Shown here: one piece after another, positions 27,315 to 36,181 of the stretch
Layout: each line of letters starts with the position of its first letter
How positions within the stretch are numbered: position 1 is the stretch's first letter
NCBI GenBank assembly: GCA_044376115.1
Contig: JBILLK010000002.1
Coordinates: forward strand, 96,001-160,000
Source: Polyangiaceae bacterium
GTDB lineage: Bacteria > Myxococcota_A > Polyangia > Polyangiales > Polyangiaceae
Direction: 5' to 3'
Length of the DNA: 64,000 nt
Notes under the pieces: model-generated
What the model was told of the DNA's origin: nothing
Databases searched by the model: none
What the model saw: the letters and a program-made list of their open reading frames with translations, nothing else
Made by a program: the position numbers and the translations under genes

Positions 27315-28216
27315 AGTCGTTCGAGACTAGCTCGGAACTGGATCTGTCCTTTCTAGCGCCTGTGCTCTTGGTCATGGGCAAAGGTGGCGTCGGAAAGACT
27401 ACGGTTGCGGCGGGTCTTGCTTACGCTGCGTCGAGCGCGGAAGCGCCTGCCACGCTGGTCGAGTTTGGCGACGGCGAGTCCGGTAAACGCGCGCTCTTGG
27501 GTTCGGACCGCATTGTCGAGCACGTGGTCATCACGCCAGAGCAAGCGCTCGAAGCAGGGGCCGCGCCGCTCTTTGGCTCGGCGCTCTTGGCCAAGGTCGC
27601 CCTTGGCAACTTCGCGATGAAGCCGCTATTGCGAGCTGCCCCGGCGATTCGCGAGCTCGCCATGCTCGAGGCGGTGCGGGTGGTAGCGGCCCAGCGCCCG
27701 GGCCGACGTATCGTCGTCGATATGCCGGCGACTGGGCACGGCGTCGCTTGGCTTCGCGTCCCGCGGCAGGGGCGGGATTTTCTCGGCTCCGGTCCGTTAT
27801 TCGAATTGTGCGACGGGCTCGCTCGCAACTTGCTTAGTCAGGGCCGCGCATCGATCGTGGTGGTTACGCTACCCGAGGCCCTGGTGATCGAGGAGACGCT
27901 CGAGCTGTGTTTGGCGTTGCAGACCGAGACCGCGTTGAGCGTGCAAGCGCTCGTGCTCAATCGACAAGCCGGGCCGGTGGCGCAAGCAGCCCTCGCTGAT
28001 GCACTTCAATGGTCGCAAAAGGGGGGAGCAATCGGTGCGGCAGCCCAAGAGCTGCTCACGATCTTGCGGTCGCGCGAGCAGACCCGCGAAGCGCAACGTA
28101 CGGCGCTCGCGCCGCTGCGAGCCAGCGGCTGTCGCTTCCTGAGCGTCACCGAGACGGTCGAAGCGCCGCTTGCGCAACGTGTGGCCGCGATGCTCGCGGA
28201 GCTAGGCGAAGTATGA
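27311..28216 (+). CDS. ArsA/Get3-family ATPase (subunit A)
   Basis: Deviant Walker A GKGGVGKTT, DMPATGH, VTLPE...EET; GTGA overlap with the upstream gene. Confidence 0.88.
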   Translation: MKSFETSSELDLSFLAPVLLVMGKGGVGKTTVAAGLAYAASSAEAPATLVEFGDGESGKRALLGSDRIVEHVVITPEQALEAGAAPLFGSALLAKVALGNFAMKPLLRAAPAIRELAMLEAVRVVAAQRPGRRIVVDMPATGHGVAWLRVPRQGRDFLGSGPLFELCDGLARNLLSQGRASIVVVTLPEALVIEETLELCLALQTETALSVQALVLNRQAGPVAQAALADALQWSQKGGAIGAAAQELLTILRSREQTREAQRTALAPLRASGCRFLSVTETVEAPLAQRVAAMLAELGEV

Positions 28217-29316
28217 AGCCTCAAAAGGCGAAGCTGCCGCACGTCGTCGTTTGCGCCGGAGGCGGTGGCGTCGGCAAGACCACGACCTCAGCCGCTTTGG
28301 CGTTGGCCTCGGCTACCGCGGGCAACCACACCTTGGTGGTGACGATCGACCCTGCGCGACGGCTGGCCAGTGCGTTGGGCGTGCCGCGTAGCGAGGCGCT
28401 GATGCCGGTGCAGCGAGCAGGTCTAACCGGCGTTCTCGACGTGCTGATGCCGGACCCGCGGCGATCGATGGGCCTGTTCATCGACGATCTATTTGCAAAT
28501 GAGCCCGAGGCGAAGGCGCATCTAATGGGCAATCGGCTTTTTATTGGCTTGAGCGATGCTGCAGCAGGAGTGCACGAGCTCGTCGCCATGAATCTCGTGG
28601 CGCAGGCGGCGGCGCAAGGCCGCTATCAGGTTATCGTGATTGATACGGCGCCATCGCGACACGCGATCGACTTTGTCTCCTATCCAGCCCGTCTCGCGAG
28701 TCTGCTTGGCGGAAAAACGGTGGCGTGGCTCGCGGGCCTCGCAGAACGAAGCGCACAGGCGCCTGCAAAGCGTGGCGTGCTTTCATGGGGTGCTAGCCGG
28801 GTAGAGAGCTTGCTGTCGCGCGTTACCGGCCCCAACCTATTGGCGGATACGGCGAGTCTATTTGGGGACATCGCCAAGGTGCGTGGTCAATTCGTCGAGC
28901 GTACTCGGCAGGCAGGAGAGCTGCTGACGGGCGACCAAACCTCCTATTTGCTGGTGGTCGCGCCCACGACCGCCGCGTTGGACGACGCCGCCTATTTGAA
29001 CAAGCGGCTGCGCTCGCTCGGCCGCCCGGTGCGCGCCGTGGTGATGAATCGCGCCGACGTCGCTGCTCCTTCCTATCTGCAACCGCTGCAATCGCAGGCG
29101 GATCTCCCTGGTTCTCTGAGGCTCACGCTCGACGCGCTGGAAGAGGAGAGGCGGTCGCGTACGCTGATGGCGGCACGTGCTGAGAAGACGCTGCGCGCCA
29201 GTTTTCCGCGTCAGCCGATCGTTCGCTTGCCCTTCCTCGAGGGACTTACGCCGAGTGAGGTGGCCGCGCGTTTGGCGCTCGAACTTGGGCCTGAGTTCCA
29301 GCAACGGTGGCTGTAG
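28213..29316 (+). CDS. ArsA/Get3-family ATPase (subunit B)
   Basis: GGGGVGKTT, TIDPARRLA, DTAPSRHA, VVMNR; ATGA overlap. Confidence 0.9.
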   Translation: MKPQKAKLPHVVVCAGGGGVGKTTTSAALALASATAGNHTLVVTIDPARRLASALGVPRSEALMPVQRAGLTGVLDVLMPDPRRSMGLFIDDLFANEPEAKAHLMGNRLFIGLSDAAAGVHELVAMNLVAQAAAQGRYQVIVIDTAPSRHAIDFVSYPARLASLLGGKTVAWLAGLAERSAQAPAKRGVLSWGASRVESLLSRVTGPNLLADTASLFGDIAKVRGQFVERTRQAGELLTGDQTSYLLVVAPTTAALDDAAYLNKRLRSLGRPVRAVVMNRADVAAPSYLQPLQSQADLPGSLRLTLDALEEERRSRTLMAARAEKTLRASFPRQPIVRLPFLEGLTPSEVAARLALELGPEFQQRWL

Positions 29317-29422
29317 TCCACGCAATGACACGGGGTACACGGTCAGAAGCTGCACCGAACCCCGTACCGCGATCACACCAATAGTTTGGCGAGCTACCGA
29401 GGGGTGGTTGTAGGCTCGCGCG

Positions 29423-30979
29423 GTGGGGGACACGGTTGATGAGCGCGCCATCTTTGTCAAAGGACCGGTGGTGCTATTCAAGTGGCGAAACGCGCCCGGT
29501 TGGCCTGTCGAATACGCCTCGCCCAACGTCGTCGAAGTGTTTGGCTACTCTGCACAGGCGTTCCTTTCGGGCGAAATCTCCTACGGCGAGCTGATCGAGC
29601 CGATGGATGGTGAGCGCGTCGCTCGCGAGGTCGCCGCTGCGTCTGAGAGCGGAGCCAAGTCCTTCGTGCACGAGCCCTATCGGATCCGCGCGCGCGACGG
29701 ATCTGTGCGCTGGCTCTACGACTTTACGCAGCTGCTCCGCGACCCTGAGGGCAACGTAACGCACTATCAAGGGTACGTGATTGACACCACGGAGCGCGTC
29801 ATCGCTCAGGACGAAGCTCGCGAACTCGAGCGCAGGCTTTTTCATTCGCAGAAGCTCGAGAGTCTGGGCGTCCTCGCCGGTGGGGTCGCACATGACTTCA
29901 ATAACCTCCTAACGGGAATTCTCGGCCAGGCCTCGCTGGCGAAGCGGCGACTGGGGCAATCGCCCGAGGGGCTTGCTGAAGCGCTCGACCAAATCGAGAT
30001 CCTCAGCCGTCGAGCCGCCGACCTGACTCGCCAGCTACTTGCCTATTCGGGTAAGGGCACCTTCGTCATCGGACCGGTGGACCTGGGCGAGGTGGTTCGG
30101 GAGCTGCGCGGGATGCTCGAGGTCGTGATACCGAAGAAGGCCAGTTTGGAGCTGGAACTCGGCGCGATCCCCAAAGTGCTTGGCGACCGCGCGCAGTTGC
30201 AACAGGTGGTGATGAATCTGCTCACCAACGCTGCCGAAGCGTTGGGGGATAACGTCGGGGCGATACGTCTACGCACGCAGATCATTGAGCAGACGGCGGA
30301 GAGTCTCGCTGCGCGGGGTGCGAGCTCGCTGCAGCCTGGTCGCTACGTATCGCTCGAGGTTGAGGACTCCGGCTGCGGCATGACCGAGGAGGTCCGTGAG
30401 CGATTGTTCGATCCGTTCTTCACTACGAAGACGACGGGGCGGGGGTTGGGCATGTCCGCCGTGTTGGGGATCGTGCGCGGGCACAAAGGCCACATCGAGG
30501 TTCGATCCACGCCTGGACGCGGCACCACGTTCCAGCTGTTGCTGCCGCCAACGAATGAGCGCGCTCGGGAAGCGCTGCCTGAGGTCGATGCTCGAAAGCC
30601 AGGGGTGGGGACCCTCCTGGTGGTCGATGATGAAGCCAGTATTCGGCAAATTTTGAAGGTGCTTCTTGGCTACCTCGGCTACCAAGTCCTGTTAGCGGAA
30701 AACGGCGCGCAGGCACTGGAGCTGTACCAACAGCACGCCTCGGAGATCGTGCTCGTGCTGATGGACATGACGATGCCGGTGATGTCGGGACCCGAGGCTC
30801 TCCGGCTGCTACGGGCGCAAGCGCCAACCTTGCCCATCGTGCTATCGAGTGGCTTCAGCGAGCACGACGCCGCCCGTTCGTTGGGCTGCGAACAAGCAAC
30901 GGCATTTCTGCAAAAACCTTACGACACGGCCGAGATCGAACGGGTGATCACGACCGCTCTGTCAAAGACTAGTCGCTAG
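29423..30979 (+). CDS. PAS-domain hybrid sensor histidine kinase/response regulator
   Basis: PAS/PAC, H-box AHDFNNLL, NLLTNA, DSGCGM, FFTTK, GLG, and a C-terminal REC domain. Confidence 0.95.
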   Translation: MGDTVDERAIFVKGPVVLFKWRNAPGWPVEYASPNVVEVFGYSAQAFLSGEISYGELIEPMDGERVAREVAAASESGAKSFVHEPYRIRARDGSVRWLYDFTQLLRDPEGNVTHYQGYVIDTTERVIAQDEARELERRLFHSQKLESLGVLAGGVAHDFNNLLTGILGQASLAKRRLGQSPEGLAEALDQIEILSRRAADLTRQLLAYSGKGTFVIGPVDLGEVVRELRGMLEVVIPKKASLELELGAIPKVLGDRAQLQQVVMNLLTNAAEALGDNVGAIRLRTQIIEQTAESLAARGASSLQPGRYVSLEVEDSGCGMTEEVRERLFDPFFTTKTTGRGLGMSAVLGIVRGHKGHIEVRSTPGRGTTFQLLLPPTNERAREALPEVDARKPGVGTLLVVDDEASIRQILKVLLGYLGYQVLLAENGAQALELYQQHASEIVLVLMDMTMPVMSGPEALRLLRAQAPTLPIVLSSGFSEHDAARSLGCEQATAFLQKPYDTAEIERVITTALSKTSR

Positions 30980-31040
30980 CGCTGCTTCCCGAGAGGTCGG
31001 CGCCAGCGGTGTTGCAGCCGAAATCTAAGTGAGGCTGCCA

Positions 31041-32738
31041 CTAACTCTCGTCCAAATTTAGCTTGGAGAGCTTGTAGACCAGCGTCCTCCTCGGTAGGCC
31101 CAGGAGTTCAGCAGCCTTGGTTCGGTTGCCACCAGTCTCGCGTAGCGCCGCAAGAATTCGCTCCCGCTCGAAGTCTTTCACCGATGACCGTACATCGGGA
31201 ATGCGGACGTTTGCATCGCTCGTCGGTGGAGGATCGGCGGTGCGTGTGTGAAGGGCTTCTGGCAGATGCTCCACGTCGATCGTTGTGCCATCGCAGAAAG
31301 CGATGGCCCGCTCCATCACGTGCTTGAGCTCCCGCACGTTGCCAGGCCAGGCGTAGCTCGCAAGCCGTGCGTCGGCTGCAGGCGTGAGCTGCGGTGGCTT
31401 GGCAGCCAACGTCCGCAAAAAGAATCGGGCGAGCGCGCCAACCTCGGTTGCGCGTTCGCGAAGCGGCGGTAGCCGAAGCGAGACTCCGTTGAGCCGAAAT
31501 AGGAGGTCCTGTCGGAACTTCTTTTCGAGCGCGAGCGTGGTCAGATCTTGGTGTGTCGCCGCTACCACGCGAAGATCCACCTTGCGCTCCTGGTTCGCTC
31601 CCACGCGGCGCACCGTTTGTTCTTCGAGGACTCGCAAAAGTTTGGCCTGCAACGGGAGCGGGAGTTCACCGATCTCATCGAGGAAGAGCGTCCCCTTGTC
31701 GGCACTTTCAATTAGCCCAGCCTTGGCTGTGACGGCCCCGGAGAAGGCACCGCGCTCATGCCCAAAGAGCTCGCTCTCGATCAGGTTTTCCGGGAGTGTC
31801 GCCGTGTTGACCGCCACGAGCGGGCCGCTGCGACCGCTCAAACGGTGCAATTCACGCGCGAATACTTCCTTCCCCGTTCCCGTCTCCCCAAGCAGGAGTA
31901 CCGAGAGCGCCCTAGGAGCTACACGACGAAGCTCCGAGTGGAGGCGCACGAGCGAGGGATAGCGGAAAGGCTCGGGTATATCGGCTGATTCTTGGGGCGT
32001 CGCTTCGCTCGCCTGACCGTTTAGCACCTGCTCGAGTGCGAGCACGAGCTGTCGCCCGCTGAGTCCGGCGGGAGAAAGCCAAAGCCGCGCTAGCGCTCCC
32101 GCCTTCTGCGTGAGCCCCTGTCTTAGCCACAGCGCAACGGAGGCCTCGGTTGCAACGACGTAGCAATCGTCACCGCAAAATCCTACCCGGGCTGACTCGG
32201 GTAGGGCACGAAGCAGCTCAAAAACGCCTTGGTTCGCGGGCGTTTGGTCGCCAGTAAGTTCAATCAACGTCAGCGTCGCTTCACGCGAGGAGCGCAACAA
32301 CGCAGCTTGCAACTCGGGCAAGAGCGAGAACGGGCGAGCCGCAGAGGGCAAGGTGCTTCGACGTACCAGCGCGAGTTGCACGTCTCCTGCGATCACCACA
32401 TCGGCCGGACTAAAGTGAACATCGTCGGCGCCGACGAGCTCACCGTTCAGCCGGGTACCGTTGCGCGATCCGAGGTCGCGCAACGTGGCCCCAGCGCCTG
32501 TCAGCTCCACTGCGAGGTGAAGCCGCGAAAGCGAGGGACTGCCGATTCGGATGGAAGCCTCGCGATCTCTGCCCACGCTGAGAATGCGGCCCACCGGCAG
32601 CTCCAGCACGATCGCCTCATGACCCGCCCGAACGATCGAAAGGCACAGTTCCAGCTCTCCCGCCTCGAGCACAAAGGCTCGATCAACGGTTTCTTCAGAG
32701 GCACGCCGCGCCATGGCGGCAAAGCCTACTACGTTCAA
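31041..32738 (-). CDS. FHA-domain sigma54-dependent enhancer-binding protein
   Basis: FHA (VGRD, SRLH, DLGSRNGT), GETGTGKE, GAFSGA, FLDEIGE, WPGNVREL, Fis HTH. Confidence 0.95.
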   Translation of the reverse strand: MNVVGFAAMARRASEETVDRAFVLEAGELELCLSIVRAGHEAIVLELPVGRILSVGRDREASIRIGSPSLSRLHLAVELTGAGATLRDLGSRNGTRLNGELVGADDVHFSPADVVIAGDVQLALVRRSTLPSAARPFSLLPELQAALLRSSREATLTLIELTGDQTPANQGVFELLRALPESARVGFCGDDCYVVATEASVALWLRQGLTQKAGALARLWLSPAGLSGRQLVLALEQVLNGQASEATPQESADIPEPFRYPSLVRLHSELRRVAPRALSVLLLGETGTGKEVFARELHRLSGRSGPLVAVNTATLPENLIESELFGHERGAFSGAVTAKAGLIESADKGTLFLDEIGELPLPLQAKLLRVLEEQTVRRVGANQERKVDLRVVAATHQDLTTLALEKKFRQDLLFRLNGVSLRLPPLRERATEVGALARFFLRTLAAKPPQLTPAADARLASYAWPGNVRELKHVMERAIAFCDGTTIDVEHLPEALHTRTADPPPTSDANVRIPDVRSSVKDFERERILAALRETGGNRTKAAELLGLPRRTLVYKLSKLNLDES

Positions 32739-33124
32739 CCATCGTCAACGCAGCTTACGATGACCGTTACGGTCCCCGTCCCCGTGATCACACACGCATC
32801 TTGGCCGTTCTGTGGGGTACAACCTTCAAAGACAGGGTCGCCGCTCGAACAATCTGCCTTCAGCTCGACTCCAGAGGCGTAGCAGCCGCTTAGCTCCGCG
32901 GGCGCTCCATTGATCTCACACTCGGCAAGCTCGTCACAGGTGAGGTCGACTCGAAGCAAGCCATCGCAACCGTTGCCCCCGGCGCCGCCTGAGCCACCTT
33001 CTGAACCTGCGCCCGAACCACCTCCTCCAGACACAACGTAGAAGTCGGAGGTTCCAAGCACTGTAGTGCAGCCTGTGCCCAAGGCTGCTGTGATCAACAA
33101 AAGTGTAAGAACGCGCATAATCAC
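32735..33124 (-). CDS. Small Cys/Gly-rich lipoprotein
   Basis: Lipobox GTGC; overlaps both neighbours by 4 nt. Confidence 0.7.
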   Translation of the reverse strand: MIMRVLTLLLITAALGTGCTTVLGTSDFYVVSGGGGSGAGSEGGSGGAGGNGCDGLLRVDLTCDELAECEINGAPAELSGCYASGVELKADCSSGDPVFEGCTPQNGQDACVITGTGTVTVIVSCVDDG

Positions 33125-34194
33125 CAGGTTCCTTCGACAGCAACCGTTGTGCCACCAACGCGCAATTGCAACGTGCTCGCGTTGACGGAGGGCGCGGCTG
33201 AGCTGGTTGTTGCGTCCACGATCCAGACCACGCCGCCGGCGGTCGCCAGCAAACCACCAACGACGAACAACGCGGTTGAAACAACAGCTGTGGTTTCGTG
33301 AGTGGAGAGTTGGTCTGCCTCGGAGCCTCGTGCGCAGGCTCCGACGATCCCTCCTTCGTTGCAGGCCTCTTTGAGCGTGCTGGCCTGCCCCATCGCGATG
33401 GCTCCGGCGATGCCACCCCCTAACAGAGACGCGCCTCCGATCGACAAGAGCACCGGTACCGCCAATGTCAGGCGCTCTGCGGGAGGAGTCGGTTGAATTA
33501 CGGGCGGCGGGAGCACGGGCGGTGGGGACACAGGAATCATTGGCGTCTCGACCGGGGGCGGAGGCGCAGTCTCGACCGGGGGCGGAGGAAGCGGAGGTGG
33601 GGGAGCTTGAACAGCAGTAACTGTGAGCTCCCGTGTTTCGCCTTCGTTGAGTTTGAACTTGGTTTCGGCTTGGTCTGTCCCGAGTCGGACCACCACCGTG
33701 TGGTCCCCTGGGTCGAGCTCGAGCGCTGCGCTGAGCAACTCTTGGCTCACTGCTTTGCCGTCGACGGTCACTCTTTGCTCAGCTGGTTGCTCGCCTACGA
33801 ACGTGAGCCTAACCTTGGGGATCTTTGACTCGAGCTCGCTGGCGAAGAGTACGGCATCTTTGCGGGCCGCCTTCGACTTGCTGGTTTCTGTTTTGGTCAC
33901 GGGCAACTCGCTCACGCTTTTGGCGAGCGTACGAGCTTCCAGAAGTGAACCTTGGGTTGCAAGAACGCGAGCCAACTCAAGCCGGGTTACGGGGGTGGGC
34001 GCCAACTCGTGCGCTTTGCGAAACAGCGCGACCGACTCGCTCGGCTTACCATCCGCGAGCAGTTTGCGCGCCTCGGTGTAGAGGCGCTTTGCCTCAGCGC
34101 GGTCGTTCGCGGTCACTTCTTGTCCAAAGGAGCTGGTTGTGAAAACTAGGCAAGCAAGCCCAAATCCGAGTGCGAAGAGTCTATTCGATGCCAT
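33121..34194 (-). CDS. TPR/PEGA-domain membrane protein
   Basis: Signal peptide, TPR-like helices, PEGA-like VTVDG...LDPGDHTV, Pro-rich linker, C-terminal TM helices. Confidence 0.85.
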   Translation of the reverse strand: MASNRLFALGFGLACLVFTTSSFGQEVTANDRAEAKRLYTEARKLLADGKPSESVALFRKAHELAPTPVTRLELARVLATQGSLLEARTLAKSVSELPVTKTETSKSKAARKDAVLFASELESKIPKVRLTFVGEQPAEQRVTVDGKAVSQELLSAALELDPGDHTVVVRLGTDQAETKFKLNEGETRELTVTAVQAPPPPLPPPPVETAPPPPVETPMIPVSPPPVLPPPVIQPTPPAERLTLAVPVLLSIGGASLLGGGIAGAIAMGQASTLKEACNEGGIVGACARGSEADQLSTHETTAVVSTALFVVGGLLATAGGVVWIVDATTSSAAPSVNASTLQLRVGGTTVAVEGTW

Positions 34195-35620
34195 TGGGGT
34201 CAACAGGAGGCGGGTCAATCCGAGGAGGTTTGGGCGGCTTACGCAAGGCGGGTGCCACCGTCCCACTTGGCGGAGGGCTTGCCGATGCGGCGCTAGCACT
34301 CGCGGCTGTCGCTGAGCGGACGGTTACGCTCAGCGCCCCTGGCGAGACCGCGCTCGCAATGCTGGTTGTCGCGGCTGGGGGCGATGATTCCACGGCTGGC
34401 TTGCTCTCAACGCTGCTTGCGCCGGTGGCGCTCGGCTCTTCATCTGCGGCGTTGCTCGGGCTGAGCGCCCACCAGGCCGCTGGTATCCCCGCCAGCGCGG
34501 CAACCAGCGCCACTCCCCAAGGACCACTTTTGCGCTTGGGGATCTCGATCGTCTCGTGGCGGCTCGAGAGCTCGGGAAGGAGCTCCGCTACCTTCACCGC
34601 GCCGGATTGCTGGTTCACTGTGTCGGCGAGGGCGGAGACCGGACTCGGGTCGTTCGGCACGGCACGAAGCACTGCGATGGGCTGGTTCGGCTGCCGGTGA
34701 AAGTAGGGCGCCAACAAGGTCGCAACGTCATCGCTCGAGGTCTCGAGCTCGCTTTCGATCAAGGCCAGCTCGATCGCCTCTTTGAGTTGCTGGGCCGTGG
34801 CGTAGCGCTCCGAGACCTGCTTTTGCAGGGTCTTGTGCACGACTGCCCGCAGCGGCTCTGGGGTCTGCGGTCCCATCGGTGCAACCGGGGTTGGACCAAC
34901 CAGCGCAGCCAAGCGGCCGATGTCGGTGGCAGCCTCAAACGGAGGGCGGCCCTCGAGCAGCTCGTAGATCACAGCTCCCAAGGCCCAAATGTCCGCGCGG
35001 CGGTCCACCTCTTCGCTGCGCGCTTGCTCCGGCGCCATGAAGCTGATCTTGCCCTTGATGTAGCCGGTGGTCGTATCGGGCGCGAGGCGCTCCTTCGCCT
35101 TGGCGATGCCGAAGTCGATCACTTTGGCGATCCCCAGTCGCGAGACGAGGATGTTCTGTGGGGAGACATCTCGGTGCACGAGCCCAATGAGCGCGCCGTC
35201 CTGGCTTAGTTCGTGCGCCACGTGCAGGCCGGCGCAAGCGTCCGCGATTACGCGAAACACCGCCCGCGCTGGCAAACGTTTGCCCACGGTATCGGCGCGC
35301 ATGGCCAGCTCGTCGAGTGAATCCCCCTCGACGAGCTCCATCACGAAGTAGAGTGACCGTGGGTCCTCTCCAACCTCCCATATCTGTGTGACATTGGGGT
35401 GCTGGATGCGCGCGACCAGGCGAGCCTCATCAAGAAGCATGTCCTGAAAACGCTTGTGACTCGCACGTCCTTGGCGAATCACCTTGATGGCGACGTCGCG
35501 CTCGAAGCCGCCGGGGCCGATCGAGCGCGCCTTCCAAACCGAGGCGAACCCGCCGCCGCCAATGGTCGCAACCAGCTCGTATCGACCTAGCTTGTCGCCC
35601 GCACGAAAGTCCTCTCTCAG
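34181..35620 (-). CDS. Hanks-type serine/threonine protein kinase
   Basis: RYEL..IGGGGFASVW, VAIK, HRDVSPQN, DFGIAK, MAPE; TM and Pro-rich tail. The frame is open upstream of the ORF-track start; CTG 35620 proposed. Confidence 0.93.
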   Translation of the reverse strand: MREDFRAGDKLGRYELVATIGGGGFASVWKARSIGPGGFERDVAIKVIRQGRASHKRFQDMLLDEARLVARIQHPNVTQIWEVGEDPRSLYFVMELVEGDSLDELAMRADTVGKRLPARAVFRVIADACAGLHVAHELSQDGALIGLVHRDVSPQNILVSRLGIAKVIDFGIAKAKERLAPDTTTGYIKGKISFMAPEQARSEEVDRRADIWALGAVIYELLEGRPPFEAATDIGRLAALVGPTPVAPMGPQTPEPLRAVVHKTLQKQVSERYATAQQLKEAIELALIESELETSSDDVATLLAPYFHRQPNQPIAVLRAVPNDPSPVSALADTVNQQSGAVKVAELLPELSSRHETIEIPKRKSGPWGVALVAALAGIPAAWWALSPSNAADEEPSATGASSVESKPAVESSPPAATTSIASAVSPGALSVTVRSATAASASAASASPPPSGTVAPALRKPPKPPRIDPPPVDPNGIE

Positions 35621-35683
35621 AACGCCTCCAACGCCTGAGAACTGTGGCCGATTCAGCTATCGGCTACAAGCTTAGCGGTCGCG

Positions 35684-36088
35684 CTACTGGCCGCCCGCTC
35701 CGCCTGCTCCACCGAGGCCGCCGGAGCCGCCCGTGGTTGGCGGAGCGCCGTACGCGCCGCCGACGTTGGCGCCGCCGCTACCGCCAATTCCACCTGCGCC
35801 GCCACCGCCGTCTTGACCCCCACCGCCGGTGCTCGTGGTCGGGCCGGAGCCGTACGCACCGCCCACGTTGGAGCCAGCACTACCGTCGTCACTGCCCGAA
35901 TCTCCGCAGGCGCCGAGCGTGGGGGAGGCTGCTGCTACTGCGAGCCCCATCAGCAAGGACGCAGCCGTGCGCTGCGTGCTGCTGGTTCCGCGCACGACAG
36001 CTTGCCCGCAAGAGGGGCAGGCGGAGGCGTTGGCGGAGAGGAAGGTGTCACACTGGGGGCAAGAGGCGAGGGTGCCTTGATAACGCAT
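35684..36088 (-). CDS. Putative splicease substrate 1: zinc ribbon + lipoprotein signal + Gly-rich tail with two AYG motifs
   Basis: CPQC-x10-CPSC, lipobox LGAC, NVGGAYGSGPTT and NVGGAYGAPPTT; paralog at 37485-37883. Confidence 0.8.
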   Translation of the reverse strand: MRYQGTLASCPQCDTFLSANASACPSCGQAVVRGTSSTQRTAASLLMGLAVAAASPTLGACGDSGSDDGSAGSNVGGAYGSGPTTSTGGGGQDGGGGAGGIGGSGGANVGGAYGAPPTTGGSGGLGGAGGAGGQ

Positions 36089-36094
36089 GCGCAA

Positions 36095-36125
36095 AGAATC
36101 AAGCGACCCGCTCCGATCTTGTCAA
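36095..36125 (-). promoter_or_regulatory. Putative sigma70-type promoter of precursor 1 (possibly leaderless)
   Basis: TTGACA-N19-GATTCT-N6-ATG on the minus strand; no SD sequence next to the ATG. Confidence 0.4.
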
Positions 36126-36181
36126 TGCGAGAAGTATCTGTCCCGGTTGCGATTCCCTGCAGCTTGAGCGACCCTTCCGTC

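Noticed and set aside
27311..29316. Arsenic-resistance operon
   Set aside because: No arsB/acr3, arsC, arsD or arsR nearby; single-domain Get3-like pair.
35813..36124. N-terminal extension of the radical SAM ORF (possible RRE)
   Set aside because: It is the antisense read of precursor 1 and its promoter, Arg/Gly-rich with no domain character.
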